From the human T2T-CHM13v2.0 reference genome, Homo sapiens, in the NCBI RefSeq assembly GCF_009914755.1, contig NC_060933.1: a stretch of DNA of 64,000 bases; one strand, 5' to 3'. Below, piece by piece: positions 1 through 19,230 of the stretch. Under the pieces are notes generated by a model that searched no databases, was not told the DNA's origin, and was given only the letters and a program-made list of their open reading frames with translations. Made by a program: the position numbers and the translations under genes. How positions within the stretch are numbered: the first letter of the stretch is position 1; each line of letters starts with the position of its first letter.

Positions 1-837
1 CAGGCATTGGGGCTACAGAGTTAAATAAATCCAGGCATTTAGAATATAAGCTTGAAGATAAATGACTATAATAAATATAGCAAAAAGCAAATCAATAAAT
101 GAATCAATCAATCACAAAGAGCAACAGGCTGTGCTTGAAGGAGGGTGGAGATGTAACTAAAAGCCACTAGCAGACAATGACATTTGAACTAGGCTTGGAG
201 GACAGAAGGCTAGCAAGGTGGGGGGCGTACTCCAGACAGATCCAGAGATGTCATAACTGAAAGGGTCCTTATTTCACACATAGGAAACTAAGACCCAGAG
301 GAGTTCTTATTGGTTGCAAACTAGAAGGTCATTAACCAATTTCCCAGAGTCTCAGTCCTTGTCTAGATTCCTTAAAAAGTAAAGACCTCCAGGAGATGAT
401 ATGTGAGATTAAAAAGACTGGGTCTAGGTCACCCAACTGATGCTTCTGTCCTTTCTGGCCCACCCACCAAATGGCCATTTATTCACAAAACCATCCTCAC
501 CACCCTACTACTGACAAAGTCACAATCTCCCTGTGCATTTTATTTGACACAGGCATGGGACTTTACAATTGCTCCTGTTCCTTTCGTATTTAAAAAATTC
601 AAACCCATGGTTTTAGTCTGACCATGATCCAACAGCCTGTTCTTCCTTCAGGTCTCACAGCACCCCTACATTGGACGATAATACTGTCAATAACCTCATC
701 AGTCATTAATACAAATAATAGGCAGGGCAGGCCCAAAGACAAGGGGCTTTCCTCCAGATGAGCATGTCTGATATAAATCAGAGAATGCGCCTTTAAGGTA
801 AGCAAGGCACCCTTCTGAAGCATGAGGTCAGAGGAGG

Positions 838-1762
<925 letters not shown>

Positions 1763-3055
1763 GGTGGGATTATGTCAATTCATTATTTCATTCTTTATTA
1801 AGCACCTGTTGTGTGCCATACTCACTGTGCACCAAGCTCACTGCACCAGAGTCTGAGAAGACAGTCAGTAATAACTTTCCTGCCTTTGTAGATAGAACTC
1901 ACAGTCTAGTGAGGAAGGCACTGAAGAGGGCACCAGCTAAGAGTGATGGATAATAGGCTAATGTTTAGGAAAATCTCTCTGAACAGGATGGCTCTGTATT
2001 TGTTTGCCTTGCTTCATACCTAAAGCCTCAGATTAACAGGAAGAAATCCCCAAAATGGTTAATTTCTCTATCAAAAAAAGAAAGAAAGAAAGAAAAAGAA
2101 ACTGGGTTAATTTTTAATGAACCTGCCATGGCTCTGAATGATCACCACTTCATTTTCTAGTTTTCCTTTATTGAGGCTTGGTCTGAATTCTTGCTTGGGT
2201 GAAACAACTACTATGTATCAAAGGCACTGAGACTGCAATAAGATGAAGATTGGTGTCTGCCCTGGAAGGTTGTAGAGGCTAGTGGCAGGTGAAGACAGGT
2301 CTTCAGGCAATCACAAGAGTGCAGCAGATAAAATCTTTACTTGTCAATGTGGGGTCATGGTAGCAGAACACGGTGGCCCAGAGTTCTGTGGAAAATATTG
2401 TAACATGAACAAGAAGCCACAGCCAGGACAGAGGTCAGTCAGTGTCTTAGGCAGGTGTGTCTGAGAAGGGTGACTCTCAGAAGAGTGGGGCTGAGGACTT
2501 TTTCCACTTCAATCTGCCATTTTAAGGAGGAAAAGAAGGGCAGAGCAAGAGTCAGCTAGCATCAGGAGCGCATCTGCTTTGAAATGCCAGGAGGTCCACG
2601 CTAGAGACAGTCTGAGTCCAGAGGTAGGGACTAGATTCCAAAGATCAAAATAGCTTGTGGGAGCAAGCCAAGCAGAGTCAGAAGGGTACTAGGAATGGGA
2701 TTCTTGGAGCCAGTCTCTGCAAGGTATTTCTGCCCTGCAATATGAGTCTTATGATGAGGTTCAACCAGGAGAGGTCTTCTTTGTCTTCCATGGGTATGTA
2801 ATTGCTGCCAGATGTGGGGAAAGGTGCTGGCTCAGCATCAAGGCAGCCCTATGGGTTCTGCTAAAACTTTTTCTGGCTCAAATTCATCTCTCTCCCTGAG
2901 GTTTCATCCATGTATCAGTGGATTTCCAGACATCACATTTTCAACAAGTGGAGATGACACATCAAGAAATCAGAGGTCATTGCCATCAAGGCCTTCACAG
3001 GTGATCAAGTGCTGCTTCTTCATATTGCCACCTTCTAAGTTAAAATCTGGAGTGA

Positions 3056-3963
3056 GGGGGGAGGAGCCAAGATGGCCGAATAGGAACAGCTCCGGTCTAC
3101 AGCTCCCAGCGTGAGCGTCGCAGAAGACGGGTGATTTCTGCATTTCCATCTGAGGTACCGGGTTCATCTCACTAGGGAGTGCCAGACAGTGGGCGCAGGC
3201 CAGTGGGTGTGCGCACCGTGCGCGAGCCGAAGCAGGGCGAGGCATTGCCTCACCTGGGAAGCGCAAGGGGTCAGGGAGTTCCCTTTCCGAGTCAAAGAAA
3301 GGGGTGACGGACGGCACCTGGAAAATCGGGTCACTCCCACCCGAATACTGCGCTTTTCAGACTGGTTTAAAAAACGGCGCACCACGAGACTATATCCCAC
3401 ACCTGGCTCGGAGGGTCCTACGCCCACGGAATCTCGCTGATTGCTAGCACAGCAGTCTGAGATCAAACTGCAAGGCGGCAGCGAGGCTGGGGGAGGGGCG
3501 CCCGCCATTGCCCAGGCTTGCTTAGGTAAACAAAGCAGCCAGGAAGCTCGAACTGGGTGGAGCCCACCACAGCTCAAGGAGGCCTGCCTGCCTCTGTAGG
3601 CTCCACCTCTGGGGGCAGGACACAGACAAACAAAAAGACAGCAGTAACCTCTGCAGACTTAAATGTCCCTGTCTGACAGCTTTGAAGAGAGCAGTGGTTC
3701 TCCCAGCACGCAGCTGGAGATCTGAGAACGGGCAGACTACCTCCTCAAGTGGGTCCCTGACCCCTGACCCCCGAGCAGCCTAACTGGGAGGCAACCCCCA
3801 GCAGGGGCACACTGACACCTCACACGGCAGGGTATTCCAACAGACCTGCAGCTGAGGGTCCTGTCTGTTACAAGGAAAACTAACAAACAGAAAGGACATC
3901 CACACCAAAAACCCATCTGTACATCACCATCATCAAAGACCAAAAGTAGATAAAACCACAAAG
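3056..3963 (+). promoter_or_regulatory. L1 5'UTR: internal sense promoter, antisense promoter, CpG-rich
   Basis: YY1 site AAGATGGCC at 3069-3077; dense CpGs at 3075-3505; ~900-nt length typical of L1PA2/L1HS. Confidence 0.9.
3164..3508 (-). CDS. ORF0: L1 antisense ORF0, long 114-aa form
   Basis: ATG at 3508 gives MAGAPPPASLPPCSLISDCCASNQRDSVGVGPSEPG..., the ORF0 N-terminus; open to the stop at 3164. Expression unknown. Confidence 0.7.
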   Translation of the reverse strand: MAGAPPPASLPPCSLISDCCASNQRDSVGVGPSEPGVGYSLVVRRFLNQSEKRSIRVGVTRFSRCRPSPLSLTRKGNSLTPCASQVRQCLALLRLAHGAHTHWPAPTVWHSLVR

Positions 3964-4980
3964 ATGGGGAAAAAACAGAACAGAAAAACTGGAAACTCTA
4001 AAACACAGAGCGCCTCTCCTCCTCCAAAGGAACGCAGTTCCTCACCAGCAACAGAACAAAGCTGGATGGAGAATGACTTTGACGAGCTGAGAGAAGAAGG
4101 TTTCAGACGATCAAATTACTCTGAGCTACGGGAGGACATTCAAACCAAAGGCAAAGAAGTTGAAAACTTTGAAAAAAATTTAGAAGAATGTATAACTAGA
4201 ATAACCAATACAGAGAAGTGCTTAAAGGAGCTGACGGAGCTGAAAACCAAGGCTCGAGAACTACGTGAAGAATGCAGAAGCCTCAGGAGCCGATGCGATC
4301 AACTGGAAGAAAGGGTATCAGCAATGGAAGATGAAATGAATGAAATGAAGCGAGAAGGGAAGTTTAGAGAAAAAAGAATAAAAAGAAATGAGCAAAGCCT
4401 CCAAGAAATATGGGACTATGTGAAAAGACCAAATCTACGTCTGATTGGTGTACCTGAAAGTGATGCGGAGAATGGAACCAAGTTGGAAAACACTCTGCAG
4501 GATATTATCCAGGAGAACTTCCCCAATCTAGCAAGGCAGGCCAACGTTCAGATTCAGGAAATACAGAGAACGCCACAAAGATACTCCTCGAGAAGAGCAA
4601 CTCCAAGACACATAATTGTCAGATTCACCAAAGTTGAAATGAAGGAAAAAATGTTAAGGGCAGCCAGAGAGAAAGGTCGGGTTACCCTCAAAGGGAAGCC
4701 CATCAGACTAACAGCGGATCTCTCGGCAGAAACCCTACAAGCCAGAAGAGAGTGGGGGCCAATATTCAACATTCTTAAAGAAAAGAATTTTCAACCCAGA
4801 ATTTCATATCCAGCCAAACTAAGCTTCATAAGTGAAGGAGAAATAAAATACTTTACAGACAAGCAAATGCTGAGAGATTTTGTCACCACCAGGCCTGCCC
4901 TAAAAGAGCTCCTGAAGGAAGCGCTAAACATGGAAAGGAACAACCGGTACCAGCCGCTGCAAAATCATGCCAAAATGTAA
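3964..4980 (+). CDS. ORF1: LINE-1 ORF1p (338-aa RNA-binding trimer), intact frame
   Basis: MGKKQNRKTGNSKTQSASPPPK...QNHAKM; REKG, ARR and YPAKLS motifs present. Confidence 0.97.
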   Translation: MGKKQNRKTGNSKTQSASPPPKERSSSPATEQSWMENDFDELREEGFRRSNYSELREDIQTKGKEVENFEKNLEECITRITNTEKCLKELTELKTKARELREECRSLRSRCDQLEERVSAMEDEMNEMKREGKFREKRIKRNEQSLQEIWDYVKRPNLRLIGVPESDAENGTKLENTLQDIIQENFPNLARQANVQIQEIQRTPQRYSSRRATPRHIIVRFTKVEMKEKMLRAAREKGRVTLKGKPIRLTADLSAETLQARREWGPIFNILKEKNFQPRISYPAKLSFISEGEIKYFTDKQMLRDFVTTRPALKELLKEALNMERNNRYQPLQNHAKM

Positions 4981-5016
4981 AGACCATCAAGACTAGGAAG
5001 AAACTGCATCAACTAA

Positions 5017-8870
<3,854 letters not shown>

Positions 8871-9136
8871 ACAATGAGATCACATGGTCACAGGAAGGGG
8901 AATATCACACTCTGGGGACTGTGGTGGGGTGGGGGGAGGGGGGAGGGGTAGCATTGGGAGATATACCTAATGCTAGATGACGAGTTAGTGGGTGCAGCGC
9001 ACCAGCATGGCACATGTATACATATGTAACTAACCTGCACAATGTGCACATGTACCCTAAAACTTAAAGTATAATAAAAAAAAAGGGAAAAAATAAAAAA
9101 TAAAAAAATAAAGTGATGCTATGGCCATTTGAGTAA

Positions 9137-9711
<575 letters not shown>

Positions 9712-9934
9712 TGACTTAAACAGAGAGAAAAGTAAATTGTCTCACATAACAAGATATCCACAGGTAAATGACTCCAGGTTTGGTCTAGAGGGTCAATTAT
9801 ATCATCAAGAACTTGACTTCCAACTTTCTGCTTTGTTTTTCCCATTATATTGGCTTGATCATTAGGCTTGACCCTTCATGGTTGCAAGGCAGTCACCACA
9901 TGCAAAGCATCATGTTGTCTAGGATCATGTCATT

Positions 9935-10438
9935 TACTATGATTGATTGATGGTATAATTGCCCAAATTCTTCATTTCTTTCTGCATTTTCTCTCTTTAC
10001 CATGAGACTTTGTATTTTTTTTTTTCTGTCACCTAAGGGGCAGAGTGTATTTCCTCACCTCTCAAATCAAGGCTGGACTTATGACCTACCTTGGCCAGTT
10101 AAATATAGACAAAGTAACAATGTGCTAGCTCTAAGGCATGGCCTCAAAAGAGAACGTGTATCTCTACTTTTCAACCTCTGCAATTATCATAAGAACATGC
10201 CTGGGCTTTCCCTGATGGAGTATGAGAGACATGTGGCTCCATCACCCCAGTATCTCCTCATGAAAGCCAGCCAACCTCAGACATGTGAGTGTGCCTAGAG
10301 AAACCAGGCCAGAAGAACCACGCAGCTGAGCTCCGGCTAAATCAACAATCACTGACTCATGAGCTAAATAAATGTTTGTTGCATGAAGCCACTAAGGTTT
10401 TTTACAGAGCATTATTATGGCAATAGATAATTGGCATA
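9935..10438 (+). mobile_element. MLT1H-like MaLR LTR, nested in an older MLT1 fragment (about 9700-10550)
   Basis: MLT1 3' end AATAAATGTTTGTTG..AAGCCACTAAG..GGCAATAGATAA. Confidence 0.6.
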
Positions 10439-11199
10439 TTATACACATGCCATGCTGCAAGGAAGGCTGGGAAAACAATATCTGATCTTTTCAGCCTCAA
10501 TAATGAGAAAGAATAATAGCTACTGAATAGGCAACCAACAAAGTCTACCACAACAACCAAGAGGAATGACAAATATCCACAAGGCCAGGAAAAGGCAAAG
10601 ACAATGCCAAATGCTTCTAGGTCATTCTTCAAAAGGGACTGGCCAGTGGGTGAAGGATTAGGTGGGGAACAAGAAGGAAGTAGCCAAGTCCTTATGCAGA
10701 CAAGATTTATCAGGTCTTTCTGCTTGAGTTGTGATGATGAACCCATCAGAGACTGCATTATCAGCAAGACAATTGCAGAATTATGGGATGACTCGCTGTG
10801 ATACAGAATTCATGAGCTTCTGCAAATAGTCTGTACTAAGTCACTTCTCCCAAGTCACTTCAGCAGAGTTTGGACATTCACATTTTAATACACAGCCCAC
10901 CTTTAAGCAGAGTCCCCATATCTGGCAAATCCCCTAAGAGTGCTCACACAGTTCACCTTAGGCAATGGTCCAAACCAAATGCCACAGCAAAAGGTAGAGT
11001 TTGCTCTGTTTCTTGGCAGGGTCTTCCACAATCCCTTGCATTCCTTCTGCATTCTCTATTTCCAAATAACCTCCATGATCTCTTGAAACCCTTATCTCTA
11101 CCCCAAGGGTGGACCTTTCAACTCTAATCTCAGAGGAACATACTGAACGTCAGAAGGTTGCCTCTTGTCTGAGCTCACAAGCAAGACGGAGAAAGCTCT

Positions 11200-11853
<654 letters not shown>

Positions 11854-12328
11854 AGATGATAATCAGCTTGATCTTCCATTCCACGTCTGTGAAAGCACAA
11901 AGCCCTCTAGAGTCATCCTAATTCTGGCCTTTGGCTTCTGTAGAATTTTCTCTGTTAATGGGGCATCTCCCTTCTGCTCATGTTCTACTTCTATTCCACA
12001 CCACTTAGGCCCAATGGGAAACTCAAATCCTTCCACAGTTGTCTCCAGAAACACTTCATGCACACAAATTTTTCTTAGACATCGTCAACTTTACTGATCA
12101 GAGAAGGAATTTACATCATACGAATATAAACAATTTCATAACAAACATTAGACATCACTATTTTTAGTGTGTCCTCAGGTCCTGCCACCATCAAAGAATT
12201 TTCACCAACCACTTCTTGTAATCTCCAATTCCTCTCACCACCTCAAGCTCTGTCCCTGCTCACTTCCCCTTCTCCTTACTTCCCTCCCTTCCTCTCCCAC
12301 CTTCTCTCTTTTCCTCTCCTCTTCCCTC

Positions 12329-12681
12329 TGTATCAATCTGTTCTCATGCTGCTAATAAAAACATACACAAGACTGAGTACTTTATAAAGGAAAAAAATTT
12401 AGGACTCACATTTCCACATGGCTGGGGAGGCCTCACAATCATGGCAGAAGGTGAAGGAGAAGCAAAGGCATGTCTTACATGTCAGCAGGCAAGAGAGCTT
12501 GTGCAGGCGATCTCCCATTTATAAAACCATCAGATGTCGTGAGTTGTATTCACTATGATGAGAACAGTATGGAGGAAACCACCCCCTTGATTCAATTATC
12601 TCCACCTGGCCCCACCCTTGACACGTGGGGATGATTACAATTCAAGATGAGATTTGGGTGGGACACAGCCAAACCATATCA
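12329..12681 (-). mobile_element. THE1B-like MaLR solo LTR
   Basis: Reverse complement starts TGATATGGTTTGGCTGTGTCCC and ends GAGAACAGATTGATACA; CCTC on both flanks. Confidence 0.9.
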
Positions 12682-12847
12682 CCTCCCACCTCTCCTTTCC
12701 CAGAAAAACAGAGCACTTTACGCATCTCTTTTGAATGCTTTACCTCCTGTGGTCTCCACGACGGTATTTGAAAATTTTGTATTGATGTATATATAAGCTA
12801 ACCAGTATTTCCAGAATTTGAATAATATATAAATTCCCTTTAAGGGA

Positions 12848-13112
12848 AAGTGATTCTCACGACCATCCCAATTCTCCCATATCTTCAGATCTGGGCTTTG
12901 AAAACATTAACTTTATTTAAGAAAATCAAATACCATTCTATGCAAATGTCTTTCAATGGTAAATTACCACTGCTAAAGAAGCTTTGTCTATAAAACCTGT
13001 AAAAAGAAAAGAAAATTAAAACCAAAAAATAAATAAGTTCTCGTAACTCAAGGAGCCTCAAGAACATATTTTTAGAGCCCAAAGTTTCACGACTCCAGTT
13101 TGAGAAACACTA
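12848..13112. mobile_element. Degenerate hAT-Charlie-type DNA transposon relic
   Basis: TIR-like ends AGTGATTCTCA ... TGAGAAACACT. Confidence 0.4.
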
Positions 13113-13287
13113 TAAATAACCTAAGGCCACCTGGTCCGACTTCCTTGTCATACAGATGAGGTAACTGAGACCCAGAGGGGGATGTGGCTTGCTCCAGGTC
13201 ACACAGCAATGCAGACTGGGACCTGGAACTTCTGGCTCTTGGTTCTTCTTGAATCTACTTTCTACCTTGAATTATCTTGATAGCTAT

Positions 13288-13770
13288 TGTTAAAGAGGAA
13301 ATTATTCAATGACACTTGTTAAAGCATGATAAGGAGGACTTTATTCAGGACCATTGCAGTAGGTATGGGTAACATTGCAATGGGATTTTGCAGTGAAGGA
13401 GAAAATTGGGCTGAACTCCTAATACAGCACGGGCGAGTGGGAATGTATGGCTGAGGAACAAGGTGGGAATCAGTGGATGGATAATTACTACGAGGAAGCA
13501 TCAGGGATAAAGGGGGATTCTGGCTCAACTGACCTAGCAGAATTCTTGCTGAAGACAGGCCAGGGTGATCACACGTCATCTGAGGGATGATGGAGGGTGA
13601 GAAACCTGATCAGATATTAAGGGCAACCAGGTATCAAGGGGAGGATATTCTTGCTACGTTGACTTAGCAGAATTCTTGCTAAAACTGTATTTTACAAGGA
13701 AGTACACAGATGTGCCTTGGGAAAAGTTTAGGAGCCTGACAAAATTTGGTCAGACAAAGAACCTTTGTCA
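13288..13770 (-). mobile_element. MER31A-like ERV1 solo LTR
   Basis: Reverse complement TGACAAAG...TTTAACA with internal TTAGCAAGAA repeats; exact 4-bp TSD CTAT (13284-13287, 13771-13774). Confidence 0.88.
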
Positions 13771-13898
13771 CTATCTATCTAATCATATTCTTTGATAAAA
13801 TTATCAATCTTCTACTTCATTTTCTTCAGGTTGGCTATCCACCTAATAACATTCTTTGATAAAATTCTCTATCTTCTACTTCGTTTTCTCCAGGTTGG
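13771..13898 (+). repeat. Two-copy 64-bp tandem duplication
   Basis: 13771-13834 vs 13835-13898 align without gaps, 56/64 identical. Confidence 0.9.
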
Positions 13899-15536
13899 CT
13901 TGGTTTGTTTGAAGGAAGTAGATATAAAATCTCCCCACCAAAAGCAACTATTTTCCTGAGGAATTTAATTCCCCAAACTCAGTAGAGTGCCAGGTCCAAA
14001 GCCTTCAAGAATCCATAGCCTCTTCTTATTGTTGATGAAGTGGCAGGTGAGAAAACTGGTACAAAAAGAAATGTTTCTGTCTACCTCTCTCTGTGAGGTA
14101 ACAGACAATGTCCCTCTAAAGAACTCCTTCATAGGACCCTCCAACCTAAAACATTTCCCACAGCCAAACAAATGTCTTTACTCTCACCTCCTTTAGTCAT
14201 TCATTTAATCTTTCAACAAGCATTAATTGCGTGCATAATGTAAGCCAAGGTCCTCTTGAGTCAGGAAAATGAGTCTCAGAGAAAGAAAGCGACTTACTCA
14301 AGACTGCAGAGTCCAGAAATAACTACAATAAAATGAGTCATTTTATTTTAATTCCCCAGATGCTTGGAAGCAGTGTGTTCTACAGTGAAGATCCTGTGTG
14401 AAACCGGTCAATGGAACTGAAGGGAGACATACTCTTTAAAAAAAGATAAAGAAGAAACCATTTATAAGGAAAGAAACATTGAAGGGCAGAAAGTAATGAG
14501 TCACCATTGCAAGTTGGCACAAAAAGAAAAATTAGTTCATAAAAATGCAGTTGGATAAATAATAGGTTATTTCATCATGTAAATATATCCCAAAATAACT
14601 TTATTGAAATGAAAATATCTATCGCAGCCTAAACTATTCATCACACTAACGTATATCTAGAATCCTAACAAATTTATGAAAATGTTATATTCCATAATCT
14701 TCCTGATCCAATGCAAATAAATAGATGTGCTTCAACTGTCTTGTTATGAAATGATTAATCACTGCTGCCAAAAGCAGCCAAGAAGCTAATTTTGATTTCT
14801 CACGTTGTGGGTGGCATTTGAGGGAATCCGTGAGGACTTTTCTCTGAGTATTGGACCTTGTAGAATGAAGATCTCATTCCTCTGTCTTCCCCAATCTGGG
14901 CCAACCTGGGAAAGGATCATCATTATCTCTTTTAAGCTGGGTAAAGCTTTTCCCAGATAAAGAAATTCCAGAGCTTCTTATTAGACAGAAGAAATCAGGA
15001 CCAGGAAGGAGGGAAATTAATATTCCTCCTGTTATTTTCTTTTATTCCCACTACAGTCCAAGAAAAGAACTATAATTAAGATGACAGATGAGGAAAGTGA
15101 GGCTGGAATTTCCCCCAAATCAGCTAGAGACTGGCTTTCCAGGAGGGTGGCCTACCTGTGAATATTTGCCCAAGTCTTTCCCAGTTTGGGCTTCGAAAGT
15201 CCCATGTTCTAGAAAACCCCATTACCCCCCAGGCCATGGGGACAACTGGTCACCATACCCAGCAATTCTAACGTGGGTTTACCTGATTTCAAAGCCCTGT
15301 GCTTTTTATACATGTACATGACCTTCCCTAGGAAAGCTCAGAGGCAACATTCTGGAGGCAAGAACTCTTCCAGATTGGAGATAAAGGATAGGGTTTGGAT
15401 TTAAGCATGGCCTCTAATCCTGGAAGCTGTATGCCCCTGGGTGAGGCAGTTGAATATCAAGCTTTCTGTTTCTTCAACTACAAAACAGAGGAGGGAGAAA
15501 GTGGAGATTAGACTAAATTATCCCTACACTTTCTTT

Positions 15537-16634
<1,098 letters not shown>

Positions 16635-17364
16635 TATCCCTACACTTTCTTTCAGCTCCAACATCTTGTCATTCTAATTGGATTCTACCCGCCCCATATA
16701 AACCATCCTATAAGGAAAGAGTGAAGGCAATAAAACCTCTTCCATCTCTGTGTAAAATCCTGTCCAATTACCTTTATAATTAGAAAAATAAATTTTTTTA
16801 CTTTAGAAATCCTGTTCCGTTTTTCCACTTTTTTTTTTTGAAGAGTTTGTTTTGGGAGAGAATCTGGCTCCTGTAGAAAAAAAACAAAGTTTCTGGCTGA
16901 AACTGTGAATTTTGTAACTGCAAACTCTTTTAAAGGCAAGAAGGCAGACAGTGAAAGGATGGTTGCTAAGGAAACAATTGTATTTAAATTATCAGCTCAC
17001 AATAGACCCAGCAAAGATATTGATTGGATGTGAGAGGGTAAAATTATTTTCTTCAAACTAGAGAAAAACTGAGGGTCTGACTAAGGTCCCAGGGTGGGAA
17101 GAGACTTGTGGTGTGATTGTACTGTTTTTCTTTGTTTAATTGGAGATGCTAAGAATGGAAGAAAAGATGCTTGCTTTATATTCTCTTTAATAGTCTCTCC
17201 CTTACATTCACTGAAACTGGGAGAAATGAATACACAGAGAAGGGAAATTTGTAGTGCTTACTAAGAAAACTAATGGTTTTCCAACAGTCCTGAAACCAGC
17301 ACATAGGAGAAACTAATTAGAGCAGAAATGATCACATACTACTTTCTACACAAGACAGCATTTT

Positions 17365-17560
17365 TCTAAGTAATTCCCTGGGTTAGCCCATTTAGCCTCA
17401 CAATAACCCATGAAGTTATTATTATTAATATTCCCATTTTACAGACAAGGAAACTGAGAAGGATTAAACAAGTTGTTCGAGGTCGCACAACTGGTAAGTG
17501 CAGAGCTGGGATTTGAATCCAGGCAGCCTGACACCAGAATCTACACTCTCACCTCTATAT
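17365..17560 (-). mobile_element. MIR
   Basis: CCCATTTTACAGACAAGGAAACTGAG...GGGATTTGAATCCAGGCAG core. Confidence 0.8.
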
Positions 17561-18539
17561 CTACCTGCCTTTCCAAGATTTTCAGGCCATATAAGCATAA
17601 AAACCCTATATTTGGATAAACTTCAGGAAAAAAAAATGTCTTCAGCTAAAGGCATCAAATGGAGATAGAAAGATATGTATTACCCAAGCCTGTGGAGGAA
17701 ATCAGGATTTAATTAAGAAATAACTAACAATATTTAAGGACTATTGACAAAATTAACACATTGTATCTAGATGTGATTCTAGTCTCTTTAAATCTTTTGG
17801 TAGAGAAATATCATCTTTATCTACTGTTGGACTTAGGGGCTATTTGGTGGCAAAGGAACACATGTGTTCCCTGATTTAGCTCAGAGGAAGAGAGTGTTCA
17901 GCAGGCTGCAGGGATCTGGGACAGGAAGGTACCAGGAACCAAGGTCACCAGCCCCTCCTGGCCACATGGTTTCTGCTTCTCCCTGTGCCTGCTCTCTCTC
18001 AGCCAAGTTCCTCTGTTTCCCAGGATCCAACATGACTGGCAGCTCCACGTCTTATAAGATTCATCCCATAGTGCCCACCACTGGTTCTCTTTGTTCAATT
18101 TGTCTCAAGAAAGAGTTGTCATAGGTAAGCCACCTCAAGGATCGTAAGACCGTAATTATGATCCAAACACCTGTGAAGGCTTGGTTAGGGGTGAGGGATG
18201 GAAGGGGAAAGACCCTGTGTGCACCCTTTAATTGGCTGATATTTAATGTGTATGTTCAGGAGTGTTAATACTTGCTTCTCTCCCGCAATAGTAGTGAGTC
18301 AAGTGAGGATACCTGTAACACTGACCCTAGATTTGATGGTGTATTTTTTAATCAATTATTTCTGATCATTTTAAGTCCTCATTGGCAATAAATACAGAAA
18401 AAAATAACATAAAAATAAGGGGGGTTATCAATTACTCCTCAAACTACCAGTAAAGATCCAGTATGTCAACAGATCCTAGCTTAAGAAACAGAAAATTTGA
18501 TCTATTATGAAAAAGTTTATAGGTAACCAACAGGAGAAC

Positions 18540-19230
<691 letters not shown>

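Noticed and set aside
8914-8948. G-quadruplex motif
   Set aside because: Real, but it is the standard polypurine tract of every young L1 3'UTR.
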